64,000 bases of DNA from Candidatus Latescibacterota bacterium (GTDB lineage: Bacteria > Latescibacterota > UBA2968 > SICM01). Location: NCBI GenBank assembly GCA_965217865.1, contig CBDCJO010000001.1, positions 512,001 to 576,000 on the forward strand, read 5' to 3'. A program made the position numbers and the translations under genes. The notes below the pieces were generated by a model that worked only from the letters and a program-made list of their open reading frames with translations, was not told where the DNA came from and did no database searches. How positions within the stretch are numbered: position 1 is the first letter of the stretch; the number at the start of each line of letters is the position of its first letter. Below are positions 10,129-19,396 of the stretch, piece by piece.

Positions 10129-10755
10129 ATGCCTCAGACGGACGACTTACCCCCCCGACAAAAAGTTGCCATCCTGATGATCGCCCTAGGTCAGGATACG
10201 ACGGCCGAGATCTTGAAGTACCTGAACGATATCGAGATTGAAGGAATTACGCAGGCCATCGCAGAACTTAAGACGGTAACCTCACACCAAGAAGAACATG
10301 TCCTGCAGGAGTTCGAGCAGCTCCTGGCCACGGGAAGCTACATCGCCACGGGCGGGATCGAGTTTGCGAGAGGGGCCCTGGAGAGGGCGGTTGGCCCTCA
10401 CAGATCTCAAACCATCCTCGATCGCGTCAACAGCACAACCACCAACGGATTTTACCTCCTGCGCAACGTGCCGCCGAATCAGCTTGTCCCATTCATCTCC
10501 AAAGAGCACCCACAGACGATCGCCCTGATCCTTTCCCAGCTCGATCCCGGACAGGCCGCTGGGATTATCGGGATGCTCCCCGATGACATTCGCTCCGATG
10601 TGACCTACCGAATCGCCACGTTGGAACAGATCTCACCGCATGTCCTCAGGGACATCGAGCAAAGTCTGGCCCATGAACTCCAGGCGGTTTTGACCGGCCA
10701 AATCGAAGAGGCCGGCCAGATCTCCGTCTCCAAAACCCAAGAGGTTTTCATATAG
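10129..10755 (+). CDS. fliG: FliG-like protein, N and M domains only (C-terminal domain absent)
   Basis: AAAGGAGG RBS; KVAILMIALG, GGIEFA, EHPQTIALILSQL; stops near the GG linker. Confidence 0.8.
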   Translation: MPQTDDLPPRQKVAILMIALGQDTTAEILKYLNDIEIEGITQAIAELKTVTSHQEEHVLQEFEQLLATGSYIATGGIEFARGALERAVGPHRSQTILDRVNSTTTNGFYLLRNVPPNQLVPFISKEHPQTIALILSQLDPGQAAGIIGMLPDDIRSDVTYRIATLEQISPHVLRDIEQSLAHELQAVLTGQIEEAGQISVSKTQEVFI

Positions 10756-10807
10756 GTTTCGATCGATCTTCGATCTATTTTCCCCTGCTTACCAAGGTCC
10801 TCCTTCC

Positions 10808-11515
10808 CTATGGTCCACGGTTCACCCCTTCGGTGATCCCCTCCGCCTCCAACTCGTAGTCATCGTAGTAAGCCACGCTGTTCCCCTTGATCGTTTTGAA
10901 CAGGATCTTTGCGCGCGCGGCAGTGCTGTCCCGTGTCATCATCCAGATACCCGAAGATCCGGGTTCATAATCCCATTCTATCTTCAACGTTCGGATGGGA
11001 AACGGGGGATTCGTCATCTCCCCCACCACCTTCACAGGACCGTAATTCCACGCAGAAATCCAAAGGTGGCCTTTGATCCGACGTACTTTGTCCCTCGCGG
11101 GATCGATCTTAAGCTTATAAGTGATATGCCCCCTGACCACATCGGTTCCGATCAGTCCTACCGTGTAATCGTACTTCCCCAGGGGAAATCCCATAAGGTT
11201 TTTTAGCGGGAAAGCGTTGGATGGATGCCCGATGTTGGTCCATTCCACCTTCCGATCGACAAGGGATGGGGGTCGATAGATGACGACTGCCTTTTCTCTT
11301 CTCTTATCCCCCTTCGATTCCTGGACCACCAGCTGGACGACGCTCAAGCTCCGGACGAACGCTCGGGCCCGTTCCTGGTATCGGTTGACCTCTGCCACAA
11401 TCCGGTCGACTTCTTGGGCACCGGCCCCCGCGTACGCGAACAGGATGAGAAAGCCGATGAGCCAGGCATTGCATTTCGACCGGCGAACGCATGTCATGTT
11501 TTCTTTTATCGTCAT
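10808..11515 (-). CDS. Exported hypothetical protein (LolA-like beta fold possible)
   Basis: Signal peptide AGAGA|QE; TGATG coupling to the upstream gene; beta-strand pattern. Confidence 0.6.
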   Translation of the reverse strand: MTIKENMTCVRRSKCNAWLIGFLILFAYAGAGAQEVDRIVAEVNRYQERARAFVRSLSVVQLVVQESKGDKRREKAVVIYRPPSLVDRKVEWTNIGHPSNAFPLKNLMGFPLGKYDYTVGLIGTDVVRGHITYKLKIDPARDKVRRIKGHLWISAWNYGPVKVVGEMTNPPFPIRTLKIEWDYEPGSSGIWMMTRDSTAARAKILFKTIKGNSVAYYDDYELEAEGITEGVNRGP

Positions 11516-12696
11516 CACAGCAATCGGTAATTGAGGCTGGAGGTAAAACTCCTGGTCCACGGAAGCCCTTCGCTCTTGTCCACCTGAACACCGACCACGA
11601 AGTTCGTTTTGTTCTCGAGGAAGAAGCTGAATAAGGCGCCAAAAGAAGTGCCCACCTTGCTCTGGCCTGTCTGATTTCTTTCCGCACGAAGAATGTCCTG
11701 AATTGAAATGTCGATGCGGTTGCTCACCTCATAGACAAAATCGCTGATGAGGCCCGCAGTATACACCCGCCCGAAACGCCGGGTGAACGGACTGTTCAAC
11801 TCCAGGCGCTGATTGAATTGAATCCGCCAGCCCAGGGGCAACGAATAGCGGTAGTCCGCCGAGGCAGATGGATCCCCCCGTGGAATCCCCCTGTGTGAAG
11901 CCGTCGTCTGAAAACTAACCCCGAAACTGAATTCCTTTCCGTAGAACCGGTTATTGACCCGCTCCTGAAAGAGGACTTCGTTGATTCGAAGGATGCCACC
12001 CGCCCCAATCCCTTTGGGGGCCACACCCGACCCCACGATCACCCGCTCCATCTCCTCAAACCACCACTTCTTGTAGGTGGACCCGTATCGCTCCTTGAAC
12101 TCACGCTCCTTTTCAATGACGTGGCCCAGTTCGATCAAGTCTTCTTTCGGCAGGTGGTCCGAGATCGCATCCTCCCGGATCAGAAATGCCTCTACCCGAA
12201 CCGCCCGGGCAAGCGACGTGGCGTCGATGAATCTGCCGTTCCCGGCACCAACAGTAACCCGTGTAGAGGGTTGGTCGAAGGCCTTGTCGTAATCGAAGTT
12301 GACATCCGAGAACGCAAAGATCGACGTCCCCCACAGGATATATTTCTTGCCCCTCAAGTCCACGTCCGAGGCATACTGCGACGTATCCCTTGAAGAACTG
12401 ACATCCCGGTTGAGCGCCCCGGACCCGATGGCATCCAGCGAATAGCCGAAGGAAAGGCCTTCCCTGAATCGTTTGTAGGTGAATGCGAGGCTCCCGCTTC
12501 TTCCCTTCAGGTCCCCCCCCTCGGCCGCGTAGTTGAAGCTGAAGTCAGCGCGGAGGTTCTGGACAGTGGTCACCGGAACCGTATAGTCCTTGATGTCGGC
12601 ATTCTGAGCCGATGATTCGTGGGATAGAATCAGGACTGAGAAAATCCACGCAAATTGGCGAAGGCCCATCACGGCTCCGATGCGATCTGGTTTCAC
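11515..12696 (-). CDS. Putative outer-membrane beta-barrel protein
   Basis: Signal peptide, amphipathic beta strands, C-terminus SLNYRLL. Confidence 0.6.
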   Translation of the reverse strand: MKPDRIGAVMGLRQFAWIFSVLILSHESSAQNADIKDYTVPVTTVQNLRADFSFNYAAEGGDLKGRSGSLAFTYKRFREGLSFGYSLDAIGSGALNRDVSSSRDTSQYASDVDLRGKKYILWGTSIFAFSDVNFDYDKAFDQPSTRVTVGAGNGRFIDATSLARAVRVEAFLIREDAISDHLPKEDLIELGHVIEKEREFKERYGSTYKKWWFEEMERVIVGSGVAPKGIGAGGILRINEVLFQERVNNRFYGKEFSFGVSFQTTASHRGIPRGDPSASADYRYSLPLGWRIQFNQRLELNSPFTRRFGRVYTAGLISDFVYEVSNRIDISIQDILRAERNQTGQSKVGTSFGALFSFFLENKTNFVVGVQVDKSEGLPWTRSFTSSLNYRLL

Positions 12697-12753
12697 AGAA
12701 GTTTTTCGGTATCCTTTGGAGGGCGGAACAGGGGGGAACCCACGGGGGGGTTA

Positions 12754-13863
12754 TTATCTGATCTTGAGAGTCGCCAGTCCAATGAGCGCAAGGAGGCCGG
12801 ATACAATCCAGAAGCGGATGACCATCTTTGTCTCACCAATCCCGCGATGCAGGAAGGTATAATGGACGGGGGCTCTGTAGAAGATGCGTCGTCCGATCCA
12901 ATTGATTCCGAGCTTTTCCTGAATGAGCACGGAGAAAGCTTGCAGCACGAAGATGCCACCCACAATCAGAAAGAGCACCTCGGATTTGAGTAGGACGCCA
13001 AGGGTGCCCAACGTACCCCCTAAAGCTTGCGAACCGGTGTCCCCCATGATGATTTCTGCGGGATAAGCGTTATACCAGAGGAAACCGACCCCGGCCCCGA
13101 AGATGGCGGCACAGACGATGGCTATTTCCCCGCTCCCGTAGAGGTAAAAGAAGTGGAGGTAGCTTGAGTATTTTGTGTTTCCGATCACGTAAGCGAACAC
13201 GCCGTAGACCACGGCGGCGAACGATACCGGGACAATCGCCAAGCCGTCCAGACCATCGGCGAAATTGACCGAGTTGGCAATCGCCACGATGGTCAGGGTG
13301 ATAAACGGAAGATAGACCCAGTAAAGGTCAACCACAGGTGTCTTTACCATCGGAACAAAAAGTTTTGTAGCCAATTCCGGTGGGATCGGAGAGAAAGAAG
13401 CATAGAGGCAAACCGTTCCCAGGGCAAGGCCGAAACCGGATTGAGCCAGAAGCTTTGACCGTTGCGAAAGTCCTCGGTCGCTGTCCTGCCGCCTGCTCTT
13501 GAGATAATCGTCGGCTGCCCCGATCCCTCCAAACCACACGAGGGCCGAACACAACAGGGGAATGAATGGATTGGCCAAATCGCACCAGAGAAGGATACCG
13601 GAGAGGATTGACAAAATAATGACGGCCCCTCCCATCGTCGGTGTCCCACTTTTTCCCTCGTTGGATAGCTGGCCATAATCCCGGATGACATCCCGCATCC
13701 CGGATCGATATAGAAATTCCACGATACGGCGGCCCAAAATCATCGTCAGCAAAAATGCGGTCAAGGCGGCGGCGATCGCCCGGAATGTCAAATAGTCAGC
13801 CAGCCTCAGAAACGAAAGCTCCGACAAGGATTCACGCAATACATCAAAAAGGTAGAACAGCAA
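12754..13863 (-). CDS. mraY: Phospho-MurNAc-pentapeptide transferase, divergent
   Basis: KSGTPTMGG, DDYLK, NFADGLDGL, YNAYPA, MGDTGS; HHH motif reads HYT. Confidence 0.9.
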   Translation of the reverse strand: MLFYLFDVLRESLSELSFLRLADYLTFRAIAAALTAFLLTMILGRRIVEFLYRSGMRDVIRDYGQLSNEGKSGTPTMGGAVIILSILSGILLWCDLANPFIPLLCSALVWFGGIGAADDYLKSRRQDSDRGLSQRSKLLAQSGFGLALGTVCLYASFSPIPPELATKLFVPMVKTPVVDLYWVYLPFITLTIVAIANSVNFADGLDGLAIVPVSFAAVVYGVFAYVIGNTKYSSYLHFFYLYGSGEIAIVCAAIFGAGVGFLWYNAYPAEIIMGDTGSQALGGTLGTLGVLLKSEVLFLIVGGIFVLQAFSVLIQEKLGINWIGRRIFYRAPVHYTFLHRGIGETKMVIRFWIVSGLLALIGLATLKIR

Positions 13864-13869
13864 ATTCGA

Positions 13870-14805
13870 TCACCTCTGTTTGAGCCGAATCAGATCTTGG
13901 GTCAAGGTTCTTAGGTTGCCTCGAAGCGGAAAATGAGGGCTGAAGCTCGGACACGGAATGAAAAGCAAGTCCAGCGATTTTTCAACCAATTCCGCATCTC
14001 GGATCACGTCCCTTATGATCAGTTCGTGCACGGTCTGGAGAGCCGCTTCCCGTACACGCCAGTTGCGATGGCCAAACAGGTCCAGGATGGGTCTCACCGA
14101 AACCGTCCCCCCGACGTTCCCGAGGGCCAATGCAGCCTCCATGACCACCTCAAAGGACCTGTCCTTAAGGCAGGGGAGGAGGAACCCCTCGATCTCAGGA
14201 TCCGCTACCACCTGACCGGCCAGCTTGCGGATTGTAGTGGCTGCTGAAGACCTCACCTCATAGTAGGGATCTTTCAGAGCTGTGATGAGACCCGATTTGA
14301 TCTCCGGACGGAATAAGCCGAGATTACCGATCGTCTGAACGATGTTTCTCCTGATAAAACCCACCTGACGGAAATCCCCTCCGAAAATCCGGCGGATCAG
14401 ACGGTCGGGGGTCCGGTCGCGCAACATATCCAGGAGAACGGGCGTCATCTCACGATAACCGATCAACCCGACCAGTTTAACCCCCACATTCCGCACTCGC
14501 CAATCTTCGTCTTCGAGATATTCTCTGATCCTGGATCGGACCAGATCGATCTCCATTCCATCCGCCAGAGGCAGGTTTTTTCTCTCCGTCACAAAGGAAA
14601 GGAGTTGGAACGGAGAGTAACGACAAAGGTCTGTTTCACTTTCATGGTTTGAAGAGGCCAATATCTCCTCTTGGTTGGTCGATTGCCCTCCCGGACCTTT
14701 TATCACACGGGCTTGTCCCAATCCAGAAACTCCGGGATCGCGATGGAACTCCGCGACAAGGAATTTGGGAGCACGAAGGGAATAAGCCCTCCGGGTTCCC
14801 AACAT
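13870..14805 (-). CDS. HEAT-repeat protein
   Basis: Repeats DEDWRVR, DPYYEVR, DRSFEVV, HRNWRVR; start uncertain. Confidence 0.8.
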   Translation of the reverse strand: MLGTRRAYSLRAPKFLVAEFHRDPGVSGLGQARVIKGPGGQSTNQEEILASSNHESETDLCRYSPFQLLSFVTERKNLPLADGMEIDLVRSRIREYLEDEDWRVRNVGVKLVGLIGYREMTPVLLDMLRDRTPDRLIRRIFGGDFRQVGFIRRNIVQTIGNLGLFRPEIKSGLITALKDPYYEVRSSAATTIRKLAGQVVADPEIEGFLLPCLKDRSFEVVMEAALALGNVGGTVSVRPILDLFGHRNWRVREAALQTVHELIIRDVIRDAELVEKSLDLLFIPCPSFSPHFPLRGNLRTLTQDLIRLKQR

Positions 14806-15525
14806 TTAAAAAATCAGAATGGCCCGGATACCGGGATGGACCGTTTTGAATATCGTTTGAGCATGGTCTGGGAGAACACCAAAAGACACGCGGATTCCTG
14901 GATATACAGCCTCCCAATTCAAACCCGCAGTGACATGGTCCCTCATCCCTCGAAGGGTTGCGAGCACCCGCGCTGTCACGGGCTTATCATTTTCACTGGA
15001 CCGGACTGAATCGACAGGGATAACGCGAACGACCAGCTCGTGATCGAAGAAAAGGTTGTAAAAGAACGGCGTGGGGTTTTTCGTTTTAGGAGAGAAAAAT
15101 AGGAGCGTATCCGCGGAAGATCGGGCTTGGGGGATGATGGGTTGCGGCGGAAGCCCGAGATCCTCCTTCTTCCTAGCTGTATGGGGACTCGAGGTGTTAC
15201 GGGGAGAATCCGACCATGCCTTGATATCCCCCTCTACGGTGATGTCCAACAGATCATAGGCCTGTAAATCCACCCCGCGAATCTTGAATCGGAGTTTCCG
15301 GGATCTCAGATCGATGATGGCGTATGCCGAATTAAGCTCGGCCAAGGCCAATTCAAGGCGCAACGACCGGTTGTCGTGTTCCAGGATCGCCTTTTCATGC
15401 GAGAGGGCGATGAACGATCTGCGCAGGTGATCCATTCCCAAATCCGATGGGGGCAAACCGCCCGCCGCCGAAGTGGCGCTGATCAAGGTCACCACGACGA
15501 CCGGAATCCATCTCCGGGTCATCAC
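14806..15525 (-). CDS. Exported YkuD-like protein lacking the catalytic His/Cys
   Basis: Signal peptide, coiled coil, YAIIDLRSRKL like the YkuD first strand, IFKTVHPGIRAILIF like the YkuD tail; no Cys. Confidence 0.55.
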   Translation of the reverse strand: MMTRRWIPVVVVTLISATSAAGGLPPSDLGMDHLRRSFIALSHEKAILEHDNRSLRLELALAELNSAYAIIDLRSRKLRFKIRGVDLQAYDLLDITVEGDIKAWSDSPRNTSSPHTARKKEDLGLPPQPIIPQARSSADTLLFFSPKTKNPTPFFYNLFFDHELVVRVIPVDSVRSSENDKPVTARVLATLRGMRDHVTAGLNWEAVYPGIRVSFGVLPDHAQTIFKTVHPGIRAILIF

Positions 15526-15544
15526 GCCTCACCTCTCCGAGGTC

Positions 15545-16483
15545 TCAGAAGATATAAACTTTGGTCCCCCTTTTGGAGGCGTTGAAAACGACTTTCAGAT
15601 CCTCGTCGCCAAGTCTAATGCAACCGTGGGTCACGTCCCTTCCCAAAAGGCGGGTAAATAGGGTGCCGTGGATTAGATAAGGGCCACCGATGTCCATCGC
15701 ATAATCGCCAAGCACACCCGCCTCGCGCCTCTTTCTCCAATCTCTCGGGATCGGTTCATTCTCTTCAATAAAGGCCCAATCCGGCTTGGTCCAGATCGGT
15801 TCCTCAATCTTGCGCCGAATCTTCCGGATACCGAGAGGCGTCCGGAAGATCCAAACCCTTCCGTCCGGACCGATCAGCGTGTCCCCCTTGCCGGTGGAAC
15901 AGGTGGCATTCAGAAGGGTTTCTCGATGCCCCCGGAGGAACAACCGGTTTGCGTTCGTATCAACGACGATGTATGGATCCTGAGGCACCAAGGCCTCGAT
16001 CTTGATCTGGAGGTTTCTTTTCTCTCGGAGTAAGCGGGAGACATCCCGCTTCAAATCCCGTTGCGCTACTGTGGACGGATCTGCAATTTCCCCGTGGGGT
16101 CCCACGATGTCCGGTGCCATGGCTTGAATCTTCAGCCTAAGTCTGAGATTTCTGCCGATCAAGGCAGCAATCTTCTGTTTGATCGTCCAGTTTTCAGCCA
16201 GCCGCTCTTCCGCAGTTTCGTCGGAGAGGAATTCGGCGATCCCATCCTCAACCCCGAAGCTTGAGGGTCGAACTTTATACAGGGAGGTATCGTCAGGTCT
16301 GGATATTGGATAGGCATCACGACCGGGTTGAACCACCATGGCCAGATCCCGGTTTGGCCGGTCTTTATAAAGATCATCTGATTCCCCTTCCCCGTTCCCC
16401 TTCTCAGGAATCGAGAGGAGCGCGAGGAAAATCCCCGGTATCGTGATCCATTTTGAAAATCCCGTCATGTGGTGACGCCCCAT
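15545..16483 (-). CDS. L,D-transpeptidase (YkuD)
   Basis: IVVDTNANRL, TPLG, IHGT...THGCIRL; GGAGG RBS. Confidence 0.9.
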   Translation of the reverse strand: MGRHHMTGFSKWITIPGIFLALLSIPEKGNGEGESDDLYKDRPNRDLAMVVQPGRDAYPISRPDDTSLYKVRPSSFGVEDGIAEFLSDETAEERLAENWTIKQKIAALIGRNLRLRLKIQAMAPDIVGPHGEIADPSTVAQRDLKRDVSRLLREKRNLQIKIEALVPQDPYIVVDTNANRLFLRGHRETLLNATCSTGKGDTLIGPDGRVWIFRTPLGIRKIRRKIEEPIWTKPDWAFIEENEPIPRDWRKRREAGVLGDYAMDIGGPYLIHGTLFTRLLGRDVTHGCIRLGDEDLKVVFNASKRGTKVYIF

Positions 16484-16511
16484 TTTGAGAAAACCTCCGT
16501 GCGGCAGACCT

Positions 16512-17597
16512 TCAGCTTCGCGGATTGCATCCGACGATCGTGACAGGGGTTCCCACCCGCACGTGACCGAAAAGGGTCTCAATGTCGATGTCGGTCAGGG
16601 CAACGCACCCTTCTGTCCAGTCCTTGCCGCGCCCCCCGCTGCCGTGAATCGTGATCGACCCCCCGATATCCGCACCCCGGGGGATCCTTCCCCTCTGCTT
16701 GAGCATTTTGAACCGACGCTTGTCCTCTTCGTTTGGGTAGTCCAACAACAATCCCCGATTATATTTTGCTTCCGCAATCTTTCGAACGATCTTGTACTTT
16801 CCCTCGGGGGTGGCGTGATCCCCCCGGTGGAGCTTCTTCCCCAGCCATCGCATGCCGATATCCACCTGGAAACGTTTCCGGAGCACCCCCCCATAGTACA
16901 GTTCGGCACGACGATTGACTTTGTCCACCACGACGGCGTGGGCGGAATGGAGACTTGACCACTTCAAGGTTTCATCGACCCATCTTCCCCACCGTTCTTG
17001 ATGTCTTGCGTAATCCCTGATTCGTAACTCGACTCCGGACCGCACTCGATCGAGCCCCGCAATCGTCCGGTCTAATAGGTCTTGAACGGCCTCATACTTT
17101 TCACCATTTAGAAGGTGCCCCGCTTCCTCAAGGGCAACCCGGGCCGCCCCAACCTCCCGGTTCCCGCCGCGATCCAGGGGAACCCTTCCCAAAATGGAAA
17201 GCGTACGATCGATGACGGCCTTTGTCTTCTCAAGCGTCCCAAACGCGACTTCCCGAGCGCGGGTTTTATTCTGGACGGCCGATACTCGAGCCTGAACGGC
17301 TCTGGATCCAGCCATCGACGCCAACCTTTTTGCCCGATCGTAGGTTCTGAACCAGATAAACCGGCGCATCTGGCGCGCGCTTTCGCGTTGGGCGCGCAAG
17401 AGGGTTCGCTCGGAAACCTCAAACGCCTCCGGAGAATAGTTCTCCGCATCGGCTTGTCGGGCGGCCTCCACCTTCACCTTTGCCGCATCCAATTCCCGAA
17501 CAGGCAATTCCGCACAGGCCCCCGCAACCAGCAGAAGGATGCAACTGGACGGGAAAATGATCTGTCTTCTACGAGATGACGCGATCAACCGATCCAC
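16512..17597 (-). CDS. Lipoprotein L,D-transpeptidase with N-terminal DUF4398-like domain
   Basis: Lipobox AGAC; ARQADAENYSP; TPEGKY, LDYPN, IHGSGG...WTEGCVAL. Confidence 0.88.
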   Translation of the reverse strand: MDRLIASSRRRQIIFPSSCILLLVAGACAELPVRELDAAKVKVEAARQADAENYSPEAFEVSERTLLRAQRESARQMRRFIWFRTYDRAKRLASMAGSRAVQARVSAVQNKTRAREVAFGTLEKTKAVIDRTLSILGRVPLDRGGNREVGAARVALEEAGHLLNGEKYEAVQDLLDRTIAGLDRVRSGVELRIRDYARHQERWGRWVDETLKWSSLHSAHAVVVDKVNRRAELYYGGVLRKRFQVDIGMRWLGKKLHRGDHATPEGKYKIVRKIAEAKYNRGLLLDYPNEEDKRRFKMLKQRGRIPRGADIGGSITIHGSGGRGKDWTEGCVALTDIDIETLFGHVRVGTPVTIVGCNPRS

Positions 17598-17720
17598 ATC
17601 GATGCCGTTTCAAAAGTGAAAGCGCGTGAAGCGTTTCCTAACCGAGGAAGAGGGGCTTCGAATTCCGTACCGGCCAACCGTTCGGGCATCGTACTTTCCT
17701 CGGGATCTCCGGATACGAGT

Positions 17721-18356
17721 TTAGCGTTTCCGGGGGCTCCACCACGGGTTTTTCATCTGGTACTTTTCGATAGCTTCATCCACCTGACTCTTTACGTTGT
17801 CGGCAGTTGATTTGATGGCACTGGCCTTGTCTCTGGCCCCAAAATAATCTTCTCCCGAAATGGCCGAACTCACGCCAGCCACCTGCGCCTCCACGCCTGC
17901 CAGATCGGACTCGAGTTGCTCGACATCAGCTCTCGTCCCCTTCCCGCGCGGAGCAACACCAAGAGATTCTTTCGCAGCTTCAATAGAGGCTGTGGCATCG
18001 TTCAGTGCCGCCTCGGCCTCGGCCTTGGCCTTGGCCTTGGCCTTGTTTTCCTGTGCAAGTTTGGCCACGCCATCGGCCTTCGACTTCGTATCGGTTGCAT
18101 CCTGCTTTACCCGGTCATAACTCCGGAACAAGGGAAACTTGCCCTCCTGGGCTCCCAGCTCCGCATCGATGCTCTTTATCGATCCTTCCAGGGCACTGAA
18201 CTCGGCAGTCGCATACTTGGGCGCTTCGGCCTTACGGGCGTTTTCCACTGCAGCCTTTGCAGCATCGACCTCAGACGTAGGGGGTGCTGCGCAACTTGAA
18301 ACCAACCCGGCGACCGCAAAACTTAGAACAAGAAGGGACATTTGTTTCATGGCCAA
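17721..18356 (-). CDS. Ala-rich coiled-coil lipoprotein, DUF4398-like
   Basis: Lipobox VSSC; AKAAVENARKAEAPKYA; AGGAGG RBS. Confidence 0.8.
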   Translation of the reverse strand: MAMKQMSLLVLSFAVAGLVSSCAAPPTSEVDAAKAAVENARKAEAPKYATAEFSALEGSIKSIDAELGAQEGKFPLFRSYDRVKQDATDTKSKADGVAKLAQENKAKAKAKAEAEAALNDATASIEAAKESLGVAPRGKGTRADVEQLESDLAGVEAQVAGVSSAISGEDYFGARDKASAIKSTADNVKSQVDEAIEKYQMKNPWWSPRKR

Positions 18357-18582
18357 GTTTCATCCTCCTGATATAGAACGCCATCGTTCATGGTGTAATT
18401 CAACCTTTGAGCGGACGAACAAGAAGAACACCCTCACCACACCAAATCGATTTACCTTCCTTCACCTCCTTTTGACAGAATTGATCCCTTCTTAAGAAAT
18501 AGGCCCTTACCGGACGAAAGAAACGCCCATCATCGGCCTCGTGAATATTTCCATGGCCCGATCCACAGTATAGATCCGGACA

Positions 18583-19386
18583 TCATCTCCGTTTCACGGC
18601 CTTGAGCCTTTGCCTGGCCAGGTCCGCTTCGTCGGATTCCGGGAACTGTTTGATCAGGTTTCGGAGTTGTCTAATTCCCTTGGTTCGATGGTTTAACGCG
18701 AGACGTGCGTATCCAAGCTTTAACATCGCCGCGGGAACCTTATCCCCGTCGGGATAGTCCGTGATCACCCTCTGAAATGCTTTGATGGCCTTCGAAAAGT
18801 TCTTCTGGGCGTAGTGGCACTCTCCCAACCAATAACCAGCGTTATCAGAAAGATCGCTCTTTGGAAAATTTTCCAAAAGCTGCGAGAACTCGGAGATCGC
18901 CAGGGAATAATTCCCTGATTTCATGTCCTCAGAGGCCAGGTCATAAAGACCCCTGACATCCGATACAAACTCAGGTGAGGGGGTGCCGGCGAAGGTGTCC
19001 ACCCGGGAGGCCCGGGACTGAGATCCCCTCGAAGGCGTTGCCTGCCTGCTCCCGCCGTAGAGCCGCACGGATTCCAAACCCTTGGCCAGGTCCGCAAGGC
19101 GGCGGGCGGCCTCATCGAGTTTGGCCTGAACCTGCCCTAACCTCTGTTTGACATCCCCCTCGTCCGTTGAAAGCTCTGCCCACCTGCGCTTGCCTTCTTC
19201 CGCCTGGGCCTTCATCAAGCTATCCAGAGATCCGACTTGCAGGGATAGGGATCTGAGTTCTCCGCGAACGATCCCCATATCGGTCTGAACCGTCTTGACC
19301 ATCTCCTCAGTGGCACAGGCAACCGTTCCTGCCGCCACGGCCAGAAAAATCAGACGGGTGATCGGCCTGAGCGAAGTCAGGTGCAT
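18583..19386 (-). CDS. cpoB: Tol-Pal system protein CpoB/YbgF
   Basis: Lipoprotein-like signal, coiled coil, TPRs with AGYWLGE and PAAMLKLG; directly follows pal. Confidence 0.9.
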   Translation of the reverse strand: MHLTSLRPITRLIFLAVAAGTVACATEEMVKTVQTDMGIVRGELRSLSLQVGSLDSLMKAQAEEGKRRWAELSTDEGDVKQRLGQVQAKLDEAARRLADLAKGLESVRLYGGSRQATPSRGSQSRASRVDTFAGTPSPEFVSDVRGLYDLASEDMKSGNYSLAISEFSQLLENFPKSDLSDNAGYWLGECHYAQKNFSKAIKAFQRVITDYPDGDKVPAAMLKLGYARLALNHRTKGIRQLRNLIKQFPESDEADLARQRLKAVKRR

Positions 19387-19396
19387 AGGCTCCCCC

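Noticed and set aside
10753-10810. Stop-codon readthrough extending FliG
   Set aside because: Downstream sequence is not FliG-C-like and runs into a convergent gene
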